DNA from: Nocardioides sp.
GTDB taxonomy: Bacteria > Actinomycetota > Actinomycetes > Propionibacteriales > Nocardioidaceae
NCBI GenBank assembly: GCA_030452025.1
Contig: JAKDNC010000001.1
Span: 1 to 41,077 of the forward strand
DNA: 41,077 nt
Direction: 5' to 3'
Shown: positions 1 through 9,732 of the stretch, one piece after another
How positions within the stretch are numbered: position 1 is the stretch's first letter
Layout of the letters: the number at the start of each line of letters is the position of its first letter
Program-made: the position numbers and the translations under genes
The notes under the pieces: generated by a model
Told to the model about the DNA's origin: nothing
The model's input: the letters and a program-made list of their open reading frames with translations, nothing else
Database searches by the model: none

Positions 1-181
1 CATCGCGCACCCGGGCCGCCACACCACACAACTGATCCAACTGCTCCCCGGTCGCAGCCAACAAGGCCGCAGCCTCGCCCTCATCCAGGGAGGCCCCACG
101 CTCGGCACGGACCAGAGCACGACGAATCTGCCCAGAGGTCGGTTGCTCCACCACGGCCTTCATGTCATCTCGTGCCAACAT
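1..181 (-). CDS. fbiC: Bifunctional FO synthase FbiC (CofGH), N-terminal part; runs off the window start
   Basis: Not in the ORF track. Manual translation from ATG at 181 (SD GAAGGGG upstream) gives MLARDDMKAVVEQPTSGQIRRALVRAERGASLDEGEAAALLAATGEQLDQLCGVAARVRD, which resembles the actinobacterial FbiC N-terminus (RRAL.R..RG..LD..EA..LL.A.GE.LD.L...AARVRD). Confidence 0.8.
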   Translation of the reverse strand, partial: MLARDDMKAVVEQPTSGQIRRALVRAERGASLDEGEAAALLAATGEQLDQLCGVAARVRD

Positions 182-272
182 CGCTACCCCTTCACTTAGT
201 GACTCAGGCGACGCTATCGTGGCTATGAAGCCGTGTGAACGGCACGAGCCACCTTCTCCTCCTCCCCAAAAC

Positions 273-289
273 TTGTAAGAGTGTGACAA
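273..289. promoter_or_regulatory. Putative PucR-family operator TTGT-N9-ACAA (TTGTAAGAGTGTGACAA)
   Basis: Dyad in the fbiC/pucR divergent intergenic region. It has the same geometry as PucR-family (PutR-type TTGTGG-N5-CCACAA) boxes, and related sites occur at 5897 and 5973. Confidence 0.55.
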
Positions 290-318
290 TGCCTCGATCA
301 CCAAAGATGGGCCCGGAA

Positions 319-1944
319 ATGACCACCGACGCGTTGAGCCTGGCCGATATCTGCGCATTGCCAATGATGTCCGGTGTCGAGGTCTTGGCGGGAGGATCCG
401 GCCTGGACCGCCCGGTGGTGCGGTTGAACGTGATGACTCACCCCGGCATCACCCGGTGGACCAAGGAACAGGAATTCCTGCTGACCACGGGATATCCGTT
501 GCCCGCCACCGAAGTCGACCTCACCCGCCTCATCACGGAGTTGGACATGTGCGGGGTGAGCGCTCTGGCCGTCAAGCTGGACAGCTATCGGGAGGAGATT
601 CCAGCCGTGACGCTGGCTGCCGCAGACCGTCTCGGCTTCCCGGTCCTGTCCATTCCCCCGGCCATCGCATTCGATGACATTCTCTCCACCGTCCTTGCTC
701 TGATCGCCAACCGTCAGGTGGCGACGCTCACCCGGGCACAGGACCTGAGTGACGCGTTGCTGCAGGTGTCGATGCGAGGCAGCCTCGACGACATCCTGGC
801 CAGACTCAGCACTGGGCTCGGCCAAGCTGGCGTGCTCTGCTCTGATGCCAGCGGTGAGGTGCTCGCGGAGCACCTCACCGACGAGGACCGTGAACATCTC
901 AAGACTCATGGGGCGCTCCGGGCCGACGGCAGACTGTCGAGGCTGGCAGCGGTGACCGCTGCGGCTTCACATCCGTCTCTGGTGGTCCGACCGCTGCCCA
1001 CTGAGGACTCGGCCCAAGGTCACCTCTTGGCGATCCGTCGCTCCGGCGAATTCGACGCACACGAAGTGATGATGGTCGAGCAGGCGGCGATGGTCTCAGC
1101 CCTGAACATCTCCAAGACAGTGGCCGTCCACGACGTCACCCGGCGGTTCGCCGCCAATGCTCTGCAGAGTCTGCTGACCGGGCCCACGGATCAGCTCGAT
1201 GATCTGGTCACGAGCGCCACGGCCTTCGGTTGGGACCTGCGTCGTCGATCACGGGTCCTGACCGGGCTGCTCCCCGAAGAGGTCGACCCCGCGCTCCGCG
1301 AAGGCGTGAGCAACGAATGGGATGCGATGATCCGGTCGACGGACCCTGCGGCGGCGACTGGCGGCATCGGTGCCTCCTTGGCGGCTGTGTGCGATGCGAA
1401 TCTCGACAGCGAACGGCTGGCCTCCGCAGTCGCCCGCCGGATCGCCGCCCACTGCTCGGTCACGATCAGCGTCGGGATCAGCGACCCGGTTGATCAAGCC
1501 GGCGCCCTGCACCAGGCCTGGCCCCAGGCCAAGACAGCGGCGACTCTCGCGGCCCGACTCGACGACGCGCCCCGAGTTCGTCGCTATGAGGCCCTCGGCC
1601 TCCTGCGACTCCTCGACGCGGTCTCAGATCGGGCCGAGGTCGAGAGCTTCCTGCAACACACCCTCGGGCCAGTGCTGGATCTTCCCGAGCACCAGAGCAA
1701 CGAGATGCTCGCGACCCTCAAGGCACTCGTGCAGCATCGATTCAACGCCGCCGAGACCGCCCGGGTGATGCACTTCCACTACAACACGGTGCGCTATCGC
1801 GTTCGGAAGCTCGAGTCCCTGCTCGGAGACTTCACCCATGACAATCACATCGCGTTGTGCATCGGGGTCGCGCTGGAGGCGTTGCCGCTGACCGGACGTG
1901 GAAGGCGGGCCCGCTCATCGGGCGCTCTCCCTCGCGCAGACTGA
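319..1944 (+). CDS. PucR-family transcriptional regulator
   Basis: N-terminal purine-catabolism regulator domain (VLAGGSGLDRPV...EFLLTTGYP) and C-terminal HTH (NAAETARVMHFHYNTVRYRVRKLE). Start taken as ATG 319 rather than 235. Confidence 0.9.
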   Translation: MTTDALSLADICALPMMSGVEVLAGGSGLDRPVVRLNVMTHPGITRWTKEQEFLLTTGYPLPATEVDLTRLITELDMCGVSALAVKLDSYREEIPAVTLAAADRLGFPVLSIPPAIAFDDILSTVLALIANRQVATLTRAQDLSDALLQVSMRGSLDDILARLSTGLGQAGVLCSDASGEVLAEHLTDEDREHLKTHGALRADGRLSRLAAVTAAASHPSLVVRPLPTEDSAQGHLLAIRRSGEFDAHEVMMVEQAAMVSALNISKTVAVHDVTRRFAANALQSLLTGPTDQLDDLVTSATAFGWDLRRRSRVLTGLLPEEVDPALREGVSNEWDAMIRSTDPAAATGGIGASLAAVCDANLDSERLASAVARRIAAHCSVTISVGISDPVDQAGALHQAWPQAKTAATLAARLDDAPRVRRYEALGLLRLLDAVSDRAEVESFLQHTLGPVLDLPEHQSNEMLATLKALVQHRFNAAETARVMHFHYNTVRYRVRKLESLLGDFTHDNHIALCIGVALEALPLTGRGRRARSSGALPRAD

Positions 1945-1954
1945 GAGTCTGCGT

Positions 1955-3163
1955 TTATCGCCAGAGGTCGGCGATTCCGGTCAGCGCGTTCCATCCCAGA
2001 TAGAGGGTGAGCAGCCATACCGCGACGCCGATGCCTAGGAGCCATGTCGGGTATCGATATCCTTGGAGCAGGTCCCTGCGCCGCCAAGCGACATATAGGA
2101 TCACTGTGAAGCCGAGCGGCAGCACCATGCCGTTAAAAGCGCCCGCGAAGATCAACAGCGTCACCGGCGCCTTGCCCAGAACCAGAAAGAGGACGAGGCT
2201 CAGGGCGATGAAGCCGACGGTGATCGCGGTGGTGGTCCGAGCAGAGGTGGTTCGGCGCGTCAGGAAGGTCACCGACGTGAACGACGCACCGATCACCGAT
2301 GTCATGGCCGCAGCCCAGAAGATCACTCCGAACAAGAGACGCCCGATGTCTCCAGCCGCAGCCCCGAAGGCACTCGCGGTCGGGTTCTCCACGCCAAGGT
2401 CGGCGCCGGACTGCACCACCCCCAAGATCGCCAGGAAGAGCAGCACCCTCATCACGCCGGTGATGATCACCCCCTGGACCGACCCGTGGGAGATGCGCCG
2501 CACAGACTCGACCCCGGACACTCCGGAGTCGAGCAGTCGATGCGCCCCGGCATAGGTCATATAACCCCCGACCGTGCCACCGATCAGCGTGGTGATGGCG
2601 AAGAGGTCGACTGTCTCCGGCGCGATGGTGTTGCGAGCTGCGACTCCCAGGTCCGGCCCCGAGGCAACCGCGATATAGGCAGTGAGCACGATCATCAATG
2701 CGCCCAGGAAGACCACTGCTTTGTCCAGCGCTGCCCCAGCCCGCTTCACCACGAAGATTCCGACGGCGAAGAGGGCCGAGACGACCGCGCCGACCCGAAT
2801 GTCGACTCCCAGAGCCGCCTTCACCCCGAGCCCGGTTCCCGCGACATTTCCGATGTTGAAGACGAGACCCCCGCTGACGATCAGCAGGCTGAGCAGGACC
2901 CCGGCGGCCGGGTTCACCGAGCGTGCCAAGTCCTGGGCGCGCTCCCCCGAGACGCCGATCACCCGCCATACGTTGAGCTGGACGGCGATGTCCACCAGCG
3001 TCGACGCCAGGATCGCGAAGGCGAACGCCGCGCCGAGCTGCACCGTAAAGGTGGTCGTCTGGGTGATGAACCCCGGCCCGATGGCGCTGGTCGCCATGAG
3101 GAACATGGCACCGAAGATCGCGCCCCTCCGGGCCACCTTCCTCTGGCCGACCGCTTCGGTCAT
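1955..3163 (-). CDS. YcsG-like NRAMP-family transporter (usual partner of pxpABC)
   Basis: FLMATSAIGPGFITQT and TTLIGGTVGGY motifs; multiple transmembrane segments. Confidence 0.85.
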   Translation of the reverse strand: MTEAVGQRKVARRGAIFGAMFLMATSAIGPGFITQTTTFTVQLGAAFAFAILASTLVDIAVQLNVWRVIGVSGERAQDLARSVNPAAGVLLSLLIVSGGLVFNIGNVAGTGLGVKAALGVDIRVGAVVSALFAVGIFVVKRAGAALDKAVVFLGALMIVLTAYIAVASGPDLGVAARNTIAPETVDLFAITTLIGGTVGGYMTYAGAHRLLDSGVSGVESVRRISHGSVQGVIITGVMRVLLFLAILGVVQSGADLGVENPTASAFGAAAGDIGRLLFGVIFWAAAMTSVIGASFTSVTFLTRRTTSARTTTAITVGFIALSLVLFLVLGKAPVTLLIFAGAFNGMVLPLGFTVILYVAWRRRDLLQGYRYPTWLLGIGVAVWLLTLYLGWNALTGIADLWR

Positions 3164-3168
3164 TGGCT

Positions 3169-3936
3169 TCAGGCGTCCGCTCCGTGACCCGTGAGCACCC
3201 GCAGCTGCTTGAGCTCCTCGATCGTCACTGGGGCGAGGGTCGGGACCTGCTCCGGGACGAGAAGCTCGAAGCCGGTGGCGACCTGCACCTGCTCGATGGA
3301 GACGCCTGACTGGAGAGAGTGCAGTCGCATCCGATGGCTCTTGGGGTCGAAGTCCATCAGCGCCAGGTCCGTGACCACCCAGGACGGGCCACCGAAGATC
3401 AAGCCTGCGTCAGCGCGGGCAGTTCCCCCGGAGAGATATCCAGGACTGGTCACGAAGTCGACCTTCTCCACGAAGCGACGCGGCTCATGGTTGGTCACGA
3501 TCAACGTCTCGTTGCACATCGAGATGATGTCGTTTCCGCCGCCCGGCCCGGGGAGCCGCACGTCGGGCTGTTTCGGGTCGCCGATGATGCTGGTGTTCAC
3601 GTTCCCATAGGCATCGATCTGGGCCACCCCGAGGAAGCCGTAGTCGAAGAGCCCGCGCTGCGCCATCATGAAGATGTCACTTGCGTTGGTAATCATCTCC
3701 GCGCCCACTGCGGCACGCATCTCGTTGGTCGAGGCGGGAAACTGGCCCGGCTCAAGTTGGATCCCAACCATGCCGCCCTCGAGGATCACGGTGAGGTCCG
3801 GAGCTTGCCGACGTCGCGCGAGCGCAGCGGCGAGCAGCGGCTGGCCGATCCCCGCAAACATCACCTTGCCGTTGTCCAAAATTCTGCTGGCCGTGATCGT
3901 CATGATCTCGTCGGGCAGCGCGTCCATGTCAGTCAT
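3169..3936 (-). CDS. Family I CoA-transferase, beta subunit (glutaconate CoA-transferase-like)
   Basis: FAGIGQP, catalytic-Glu region ILEGG, GFLGVAQIDAYGNVN, RLPGPGGGND, VDFVTSPG. Confidence 0.88.
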   Translation of the reverse strand: MTDMDALPDEIMTITASRILDNGKVMFAGIGQPLLAAALARRRQAPDLTVILEGGMVGIQLEPGQFPASTNEMRAAVGAEMITNASDIFMMAQRGLFDYGFLGVAQIDAYGNVNTSIIGDPKQPDVRLPGPGGGNDIISMCNETLIVTNHEPRRFVEKVDFVTSPGYLSGGTARADAGLIFGGPSWVVTDLALMDFDPKSHRMRLHSLQSGVSIEQVQVATGFELLVPEQVPTLAPVTIEELKQLRVLTGHGADA

Positions 3937-4892
3937 TTCGGCATCATTCCTTCGGCCAGTTCACGGAGTTCCTTCAACCGGTGCTCGCCGATCGAGCCCA
4001 GATAGGACTCGAAGTCCGGGTGCGCGTCCAACACGGAGTCCACGTAAGACCTGGCGCCTTGGGACCCACCCGAGCGGACTTCCTCTACGTAGTCGGAGAA
4101 CGCCTCGTGATCCGAGTCGTAGCGCCCATAGCACTCGTGCGGATAGGAGCCGAACGGCTGCTCCACGACCGCGTCCACTGCGAATCCGGGAATCAAGGTG
4201 CGGGATGGGTCCCTCCGGAAGGACTCAGTGGGCACGATCTCCTCCGCCGAGATGATCAACCGCTGGGCTGCGCGGGCCACGTCGGCGTCCATGAGCTCAT
4301 ACCCATCAATCTGGGCGTTGCCGTGAATGTCCGCCCGCTGGACGTGGATGAGCGCCACATCGGGGTTGAGACTGGGCATGGCCTGCAGGGTCTGACCGGT
4401 GTAAGGGCACTCTGTCGTCCGCACACCGAGCGTGGTGGCGAGATCCGATCCCATCATGCTCAGCGTGGGAAGGAAGGGCATGCCCATGGCCCCCGCCTTG
4501 TAGCGCAGACCCAGTCCTAGGTGGCTCCACTCCTCGTAGGTGGCCCGGCCCTGCTCGACGTACTCCCGCAGCACCTTGGCCAGACCCCAGCCGTGACCGA
4601 TACCCACCCAGCTGGTGATCACTCGGTCGGCGGCTCCATGCGCGATGAACAGCTCGGACTCGTAGCAGGTCAGAGGACGTGAGAGCGAGAGTCCCGTTCG
4701 GCCTTGACGAAGGATCTCCCACAGCAGCGCCATCGGGGTCCGCGCGTGGTTGGTGCCTCCGACCGCGACGACGAAGTCGTCCTCGACGAAGCGCCGGACT
4801 GCGTCTGCTGCGGTCATCAGCTTGTGCGACGGCCCCGCCGAGGCAGCCTCGAGGACCTGACGCGCGCGCACCGCGTCGGCCGGTTTGGTCAT
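3933..4892 (-). CDS. Family I CoA-transferase, alpha subunit
   Basis: KLMTAADAVRRFVEDD, YEEWSH, AGAMGMPFLP, PDVALIHVQRADIHGNAQI, PFGSYP. Start at ATG 4892 (or GTG 4901, coupled to the upstream stop). Confidence 0.88.
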   Translation of the reverse strand: MTKPADAVRARQVLEAASAGPSHKLMTAADAVRRFVEDDFVVAVGGTNHARTPMALLWEILRQGRTGLSLSRPLTCYESELFIAHGAADRVITSWVGIGHGWGLAKVLREYVEQGRATYEEWSHLGLGLRYKAGAMGMPFLPTLSMMGSDLATTLGVRTTECPYTGQTLQAMPSLNPDVALIHVQRADIHGNAQIDGYELMDADVARAAQRLIISAEEIVPTESFRRDPSRTLIPGFAVDAVVEQPFGSYPHECYGRYDSDHEAFSDYVEEVRSGGSQGARSYVDSVLDAHPDFESYLGSIGEHRLKELRELAEGMMPK

Positions 4893-4897
4893 CGAGG

Positions 4898-5848
4898 TCA
4901 CTTCGCCATCTCCTTCTGGACCAGGGGGAGAACCTCGGCGGCGAACCGCTCGACCTGATCCTGCTCGTATCCGTAGGGGATCAAGCAGATCTCCTGGACC
5001 CCGACCTCGATGTGCTCCGCGATCTGCTCGGCACACTGCTCAGGGGTGCCACAGATTGCGCTGTCCGGGGTCGCATCGCTCCATTCCGGCGTGTCGAAGT
5101 ACGACGCCAGCCATGGCCCGACACGGGAGGTCGCCTCCTCGTGGGAGTCCCCGATGCACAGCGGTAGCTGGGAAACGTTGCGCAGCTCCGCTGGGTCGCG
5201 GTCCGCCTCTTCGGCGAACCGGCAGATCTTCGCCCACGACTCCGCAAACGCCTCCGCGGTGTAGAAATAGGTCAGCCAGCCGTCGCCCATGGTGGCCACG
5301 CGCCGGAGCACTCGGTCGACGTATCCCCCAATGAGGATGCCGGGGCGCTCGACCTTGGGCAGCATCTTGACCCGGCGGAACGACAGGTCATCCCAGGTGC
5401 CGGTGACCTCGTCTTCCTCCCAGAGCTGGCGACAGATCTCCAGGTTGCGTTCGAAGGTCTTGCCACGGCCCTTGAAGGGTGTCCCGGTGGCCTCGAACTC
5501 GCGCTCATACCAACCGGCCGCCAGGCCCAGGCTGAGGCGCCCGCCGGAGAGCTGCTGGATCGTGGCTGCGGTCTTTGCGAGCAGCGCGGGGTCTCGAATC
5601 GGGAGAACCAGAATCCCGGTGCCGAGAGTGACGCTGGTCGTCTGCGTCGCCAGGACAGCGAGGGTTGTCAGGGCCTCGAGCTGTGGGAACGGCTGTTTGC
5701 TGCCGAGGAACAGATGGTCCCAGGCCCACAACGACTCGAAGCCGAGCTCTTCCGCGCGCGCGGCGTAGTTCGAGAGCTGGCTCATGTCGGGACTGCGCTC
5801 CGACGAGGTGAAGTTCTCAATCGCGAGTCCAAATTTCGCTCCACTCAT
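4898..5848 (-). CDS. LLM-class (luciferase-like) oxidoreductase, probably F420-dependent
   Basis: AEELGFESLWAWDHLF, LGTGILVLPIRDP, SGGRLSLGLAAGWYEREF; fbiC lies in the same locus. Confidence 0.85.
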   Translation of the reverse strand: MSGAKFGLAIENFTSSERSPDMSQLSNYAARAEELGFESLWAWDHLFLGSKQPFPQLEALTTLAVLATQTTSVTLGTGILVLPIRDPALLAKTAATIQQLSGGRLSLGLAAGWYEREFEATGTPFKGRGKTFERNLEICRQLWEEDEVTGTWDDLSFRRVKMLPKVERPGILIGGYVDRVLRRVATMGDGWLTYFYTAEAFAESWAKICRFAEEADRDPAELRNVSQLPLCIGDSHEEATSRVGPWLASYFDTPEWSDATPDSAICGTPEQCAEQIAEHIEVGVQEICLIPYGYEQDQVERFAAEVLPLVQKEMAK

Positions 5849-5896
5849 CTTGTTCCTCTCCTGGTGCAGCCGAGACCGCCACGTCGAGCACGGTCT

Positions 5897-5913
5897 TTGT
5901 CGTCCCCTGACAC
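5897..5913. promoter_or_regulatory. Putative PucR operator (TTGTCGTCCCCTGACAC)
   Basis: TGTC-N7-GACA dyad about 50 bp upstream of the LLM gene. Confidence 0.45.
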
Positions 5914-5972
5914 TAGGTGCCCTGGTGTGACGTCGGCCACGGCGTCAAGTCACACACTTCGTGACCGTGCAC

Positions 5973-5989
5973 CTGTCAGTGAGTGACAA
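5973..5989. promoter_or_regulatory. Putative PucR operator (CTGTCAGTGAGTGACAA)
   Basis: TGTCA-N5-TGACA dyad that shares GTGACAA with the site at 273-289. Confidence 0.5.
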
Positions 5990-6012
5990 ATGATGCGTGG
6001 TCATCGAACGCC

Positions 6013-6888
6013 CTACTCGCGGACTCTCCTGAAGCAGACCGCTTGTCCGGGACGCAACTGCGCTGCCGCGGGAATCGACGACCACCTCAGGACAGCGATC
6101 ACTGGATATCCCCCCGTCACCGGATGATCGGCGAGGAACAACGTCACTCGACCTCCGGGCGGCGCTTGGAGCGAGCCGCACACGACACCCTCACTGGATA
6201 GCTCACGGCGGTCCCGGCGGGGCAGCGGCGGCCCGGACAGCCGGACCCCGACCCGGTTTGCATCGCTGGTCACCTCGAAGGGAGATTCGAAGAGTGCCTT
6301 GAGTGCCCCGTCAACGAACCAGTCCGCACGCGGCCCCACCACGGCATCCAGCATCACCGGGCCCGAACCGTGGCCTGGGCGAGGTACCGAGTCGACGGAA
6401 GGCACCGGGCCCGCGGGACGGTCCACCTCGAGGACGTCTCCGACTTCCAGTGGTGGCGGCCCCAGGCCCGACATGGTGTCGGCGGAGCACGACTCCAGGA
6501 CCTGATCGACCCGGAACCCTCCTCTGATCGCAACGTAGCTGCGCAATCCTGCGCTCGGAGTGCCGAGTCGCAGTGTCTGACCGGCACGGAGTGGGACCGG
6601 CTGGTTCACCCAGAACGCACGGCCTCCAACGGTGACGGGCGTCGGTGCGCCGGTCACTGCGACCCAGGTGGTGTGGTCGACCGTGAGCTCCAACCCCCCG
6701 AGCGTCACCTCCAAGCAGGCCGTGCCGGGCGCGTTGCCGACAAGCCGGTTGGCGAGGCTGTACGACGGCGCGTCGGCAGCACCCGCCGCGGCAACACCGA
6801 GGTGCGCATATCCGGGACGGCCCGAGTCCTGGACCAGGACCTGGGGACCGCGTGCGGTGATGGTGACCGACCTCGTCTGACGGCCCAT
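6013..6888 (-). CDS. pxpC: 5-oxoprolinase subunit C / allophanate hydrolase subunit 2
   Basis: QDSGRPGYAHLGV, ANRLVGN, GLRSYVAIRGG, ANRVGVRL, DHPVTGGYPVIA. Confidence 0.9.
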   Translation of the reverse strand: MGRQTRSVTITARGPQVLVQDSGRPGYAHLGVAAAGAADAPSYSLANRLVGNAPGTACLEVTLGGLELTVDHTTWVAVTGAPTPVTVGGRAFWVNQPVPLRAGQTLRLGTPSAGLRSYVAIRGGFRVDQVLESCSADTMSGLGPPPLEVGDVLEVDRPAGPVPSVDSVPRPGHGSGPVMLDAVVGPRADWFVDGALKALFESPFEVTSDANRVGVRLSGPPLPRRDRRELSSEGVVCGSLQAPPGGRVTLFLADHPVTGGYPVIAVLRWSSIPAAAQLRPGQAVCFRRVRE

Positions 6889-7532
6889 CAGGAGGCCTCG
6901 GTGAATCGGACAGCTGTCCCGGGCCTCAGCAGCGCCGGTGGGTCAGCGGAGACGTCCCACAAAGTCAGGTCGGTCCGGCCGATCAACTGCCAGCCCCCAG
7001 GGGACTCACGAGGGTAGACGGATGCGAACGTGCCAGCCAGTGCCACCGAGCCGGCCGGAACACGCACTCGGGACTCTCCCCTGCGGGGAACTTCCAGCTG
7101 GGTGTTGTCACCCACCAGATAGGCAAAGCCGGGAGCAAAGCCGCAGAAGCCGACGTACCACTGGGTTTGCTGGTGCCGCTCGATCACGCCAGCGACACCG
7201 AGCCCGGTATGCGTGGCGACAAAGTCGAGGTCCTCCCCGTCGTACACGACCGGGATATGCACTTCCCGAGCCTGATCAGTCCGCTTCTCAGCCAGCGTCA
7301 GCCGGCGCAGCGCATCGCGCACGGTCCCGAGATTGGTTCGCCGTGGGTCGATGACCACTAGCACGGTCCGCATGGCAGGCACCACTTCAGTGATGCCCGG
7401 AATCGCGGCTGCAACCAGGGCACCGGCCAACGAGCGGAGGACGTCACCGTCCCCCGACTCGATCAACAACCCGGTGTCCCCACAACGGCGCACCTCCAGA
7501 GTGGCACCGCCGGGGAGCGACACTTCGGTCAC
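6888..7532 (-). CDS. pxpB: 5-oxoprolinase subunit B / allophanate hydrolase subunit 1
   Basis: IPVVYDGEDL, GFCGFAPGFAYL, VPAGSVALAG, YPRESPGGWQLIGRT. The GTG start at 7532 overlaps the pxpA stop (GTGA). Confidence 0.9.
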   Translation of the reverse strand: MTEVSLPGGATLEVRRCGDTGLLIESGDGDVLRSLAGALVAAAIPGITEVVPAMRTVLVVIDPRRTNLGTVRDALRRLTLAEKRTDQAREVHIPVVYDGEDLDFVATHTGLGVAGVIERHQQTQWYVGFCGFAPGFAYLVGDNTQLEVPRRGESRVRVPAGSVALAGTFASVYPRESPGGWQLIGRTDLTLWDVSADPPALLRPGTAVRFTEAS

Positions 7533-8287
7533 CGCAAGGGCACCAGTTCGATGCCCGCTTCCACGAGGGCTGACCGGGTGGAGCGAGCGATCTCCACCGC
7601 TCCTGTCGTGTCGCAGTGGACGAGGAGCGCTTCGGCCTGGATCTGGATGCTGCTGCCGTCGATGGCCTCGATCTTTCCGGTGGTCGCCATCTGAACTGCC
7701 CGACGACCGGCCTCCTCGGGATCTGCATACATCGCGTTCGGTTCCGTGCGCGGCACGAGCAGGCCTTCCGTGGTGTAGGCACGATCCACGAAGGCCTCGG
7801 CCACGGTGCGTAAACCGGCGTCCTGTCCGAGACGCCAAGTCTCCGTGCCCACCTGACACAGCAGAGGAAGCTCGGGGTTGAAGGCCCGAGTTGCATCGAC
7901 AATCGCCTGGGCGTGCTCGGTGACCTTTGCCGAGGCGTTGTAGAGGGCGCCGTGTGCGCGGATGTAGTCCACCTGGCCGCCGGCCAGCCGAGCGAACGCT
8001 TCCAATGCGCCCATTTGGTAGAGCAGGTCGTCGGTGAGCTCCTGCTGGGGCACTGCGATGTAGCGACGTCCGAAGCCGTGCAGGTCCCGGTAGCTGACCT
8101 GAGCGCCGATCGAGACGTTGTTGTCCACCGAGGTCTGGCAGGTACGCCGCATGATCCCCGGGTCTCCACCGTGGAAGCCGCACGCGATGTTGGCGCTGGT
8201 CACGATGTCGAGCAGGGCGTCGTCGTCGGCCAGCTCCCACCGGCCGAGACCCTCACCAATGTCGGTTGTCAGGGCGATCTGCGGCAT
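7529..8287 (-). CDS. pxpA: 5-oxoprolinase subunit A (LamB/YcsF family)
   Basis: DIGEGLGRW, TSANIACGFHGGDP, GFGRR, HGALYN, EAFVDRAY, VHCDT. Start at ATG 8287. Confidence 0.92.
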   Translation of the reverse strand: MPQIALTTDIGEGLGRWELADDDALLDIVTSANIACGFHGGDPGIMRRTCQTSVDNNVSIGAQVSYRDLHGFGRRYIAVPQQELTDDLLYQMGALEAFARLAGGQVDYIRAHGALYNASAKVTEHAQAIVDATRAFNPELPLLCQVGTETWRLGQDAGLRTVAEAFVDRAYTTEGLLVPRTEPNAMYADPEEAGRRAVQMATTGKIEAIDGSSIQIQAEALLVHCDTTGAVEIARSTRSALVEAGIELVPLR

Positions 8288-8325
8288 GTGCCGGGCTCCT
8301 TTGATCTGGATGGGATGAGACGCCG

Positions 8326-9723
8326 TCACGACGGCTGGTTGCTGGTTTCCTGCTCCGACGCACGTGCCGGGACGGGGCGGGCGAGCACGGCGTAGACGGT
8401 GGCAGCGACTGCACCGGACACGAAGTAGCTGAAGTCGATGTCGTTCCATTGCGCGGCGATGGGGCCAGTGAAGAACTCATTCGCCATGAACGGGACCGAG
8501 ACGACGACACCGGCCAGGAATGCTCCCATGCCAGTCCAGTTGGTTCCGGAGAACGCACCACCGGGAGCATAGAACTCACTGCTCGGCGGAAACGCGTTCC
8601 CGTTCTTGTACACCTTGAAGTACGACACAGCCAGCACCGCCAACCACGGCATGATGTAGTAGCTGATCACATGGAGGAACGTGCTGAAGTGATCAGCGAA
8701 GCTGCTACCCCCGATCGCCAGGGCGAGCACACCTCCTAGGATTCCGCCCACGGCTACGATGACGGCTTGCTTGATCCGGAGGTCACAGGTCAGGACTGCC
8801 ATCGCACCGCTGTAGAGGTTGACGGAGTTGTGCGGGATCGCGGCCAGTCCCAGAACCAGGAGCACCACATAGCGCAGGGGTTCGGGGAGTGCGATGCCAA
8901 ACGCATCGATGACATCCCCGTCCGGGTCCAGAGAGATCAGTGCCGCCCCAAGGATCATCATCCAGGTGGTCGCCACGAAAAGTCCGCTTGTCGCATACCC
9001 GAATACGCTCCACGAACTGGTCCTGCGCGGAAGAAAACGGGAGTAGTCCGAGGCGTACGGGCTCCAGCTGACCGTGTAGCCTAACACGACGGTGAACTGC
9101 ACCATCCAGATCGTCCAGAAGCCCGAACCCGCCAGCGTGGACTCGGCTCCTGGGCCGCTGCCGTGCGCGAACATGTAGACAGTCACCACGGCCAGCATCA
9201 CGACGCTGATGTAGGTGATCCACTGACCGAAAACATGCAACATGTGGTAGCCGTAGATGCCGATCACGATGCTGAGCAGCGCGACCAGGACGATCATCGG
9301 CTGATATGGAGTGTTGAACAGGTCCGCCAGAGACTTCCCGCCCAGGACGGTGCCCACCGTGTAGTACCCGATGTAGACCACCACGGAGAGAGCCGCGGGA
9401 AGGACGTTCCCCCGATAGCCGAAGGGAGCTCTGCCCATCGGCAGTTGTGGCATGCCGAGCTTGGGCCCCATCAACGCGCACAGCCCAGTGCCGATGGCGC
9501 CGAACAGGTTGCCTGCGATGATGGCCGTGATGCTCCCCCACAGACCGAGTCCCAAGGCCCCGCCGGTGGCGCCGACGAAGATGCCGGCCAGGTAGATCAC
9601 CGGGGAGAAGCGGATCGTGAACTGGTTGCGCGGACTGCCGTAGCGCTGGTCTTCACTGGCATACGCGATGCCGTGTCGCTCTACGCTGACCGCCTGGGTC
9701 GAGTTGCTCTCTGTCGGGGACAT
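8326..9723 (-). CDS. Purine-cytosine permease family (NCS1) transporter
   Basis: VERHGI, GPKLGMPQLPMGRAPFG, SWSPYASDYSRFLP; about 12 transmembrane segments. Confidence 0.88.
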   Translation of the reverse strand: MSPTESNSTQAVSVERHGIAYASEDQRYGSPRNQFTIRFSPVIYLAGIFVGATGGALGLGLWGSITAIIAGNLFGAIGTGLCALMGPKLGMPQLPMGRAPFGYRGNVLPAALSVVVYIGYYTVGTVLGGKSLADLFNTPYQPMIVLVALLSIVIGIYGYHMLHVFGQWITYISVVMLAVVTVYMFAHGSGPGAESTLAGSGFWTIWMVQFTVVLGYTVSWSPYASDYSRFLPRRTSSWSVFGYATSGLFVATTWMMILGAALISLDPDGDVIDAFGIALPEPLRYVVLLVLGLAAIPHNSVNLYSGAMAVLTCDLRIKQAVIVAVGGILGGVLALAIGGSSFADHFSTFLHVISYYIMPWLAVLAVSYFKVYKNGNAFPPSSEFYAPGGAFSGTNWTGMGAFLAGVVVSVPFMANEFFTGPIAAQWNDIDFSYFVSGAVAATVYAVLARPVPARASEQETSNQPS

Positions 9724-9732
9724 CGTTTCACC

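Noticed and set aside
5925-5955. Hairpin GTGTGAC...GTCACAC between pxpC and the LLM gene
   Set aside because: No U-tract, so it cannot be called a terminator; it may just be part of the operator-rich promoter.
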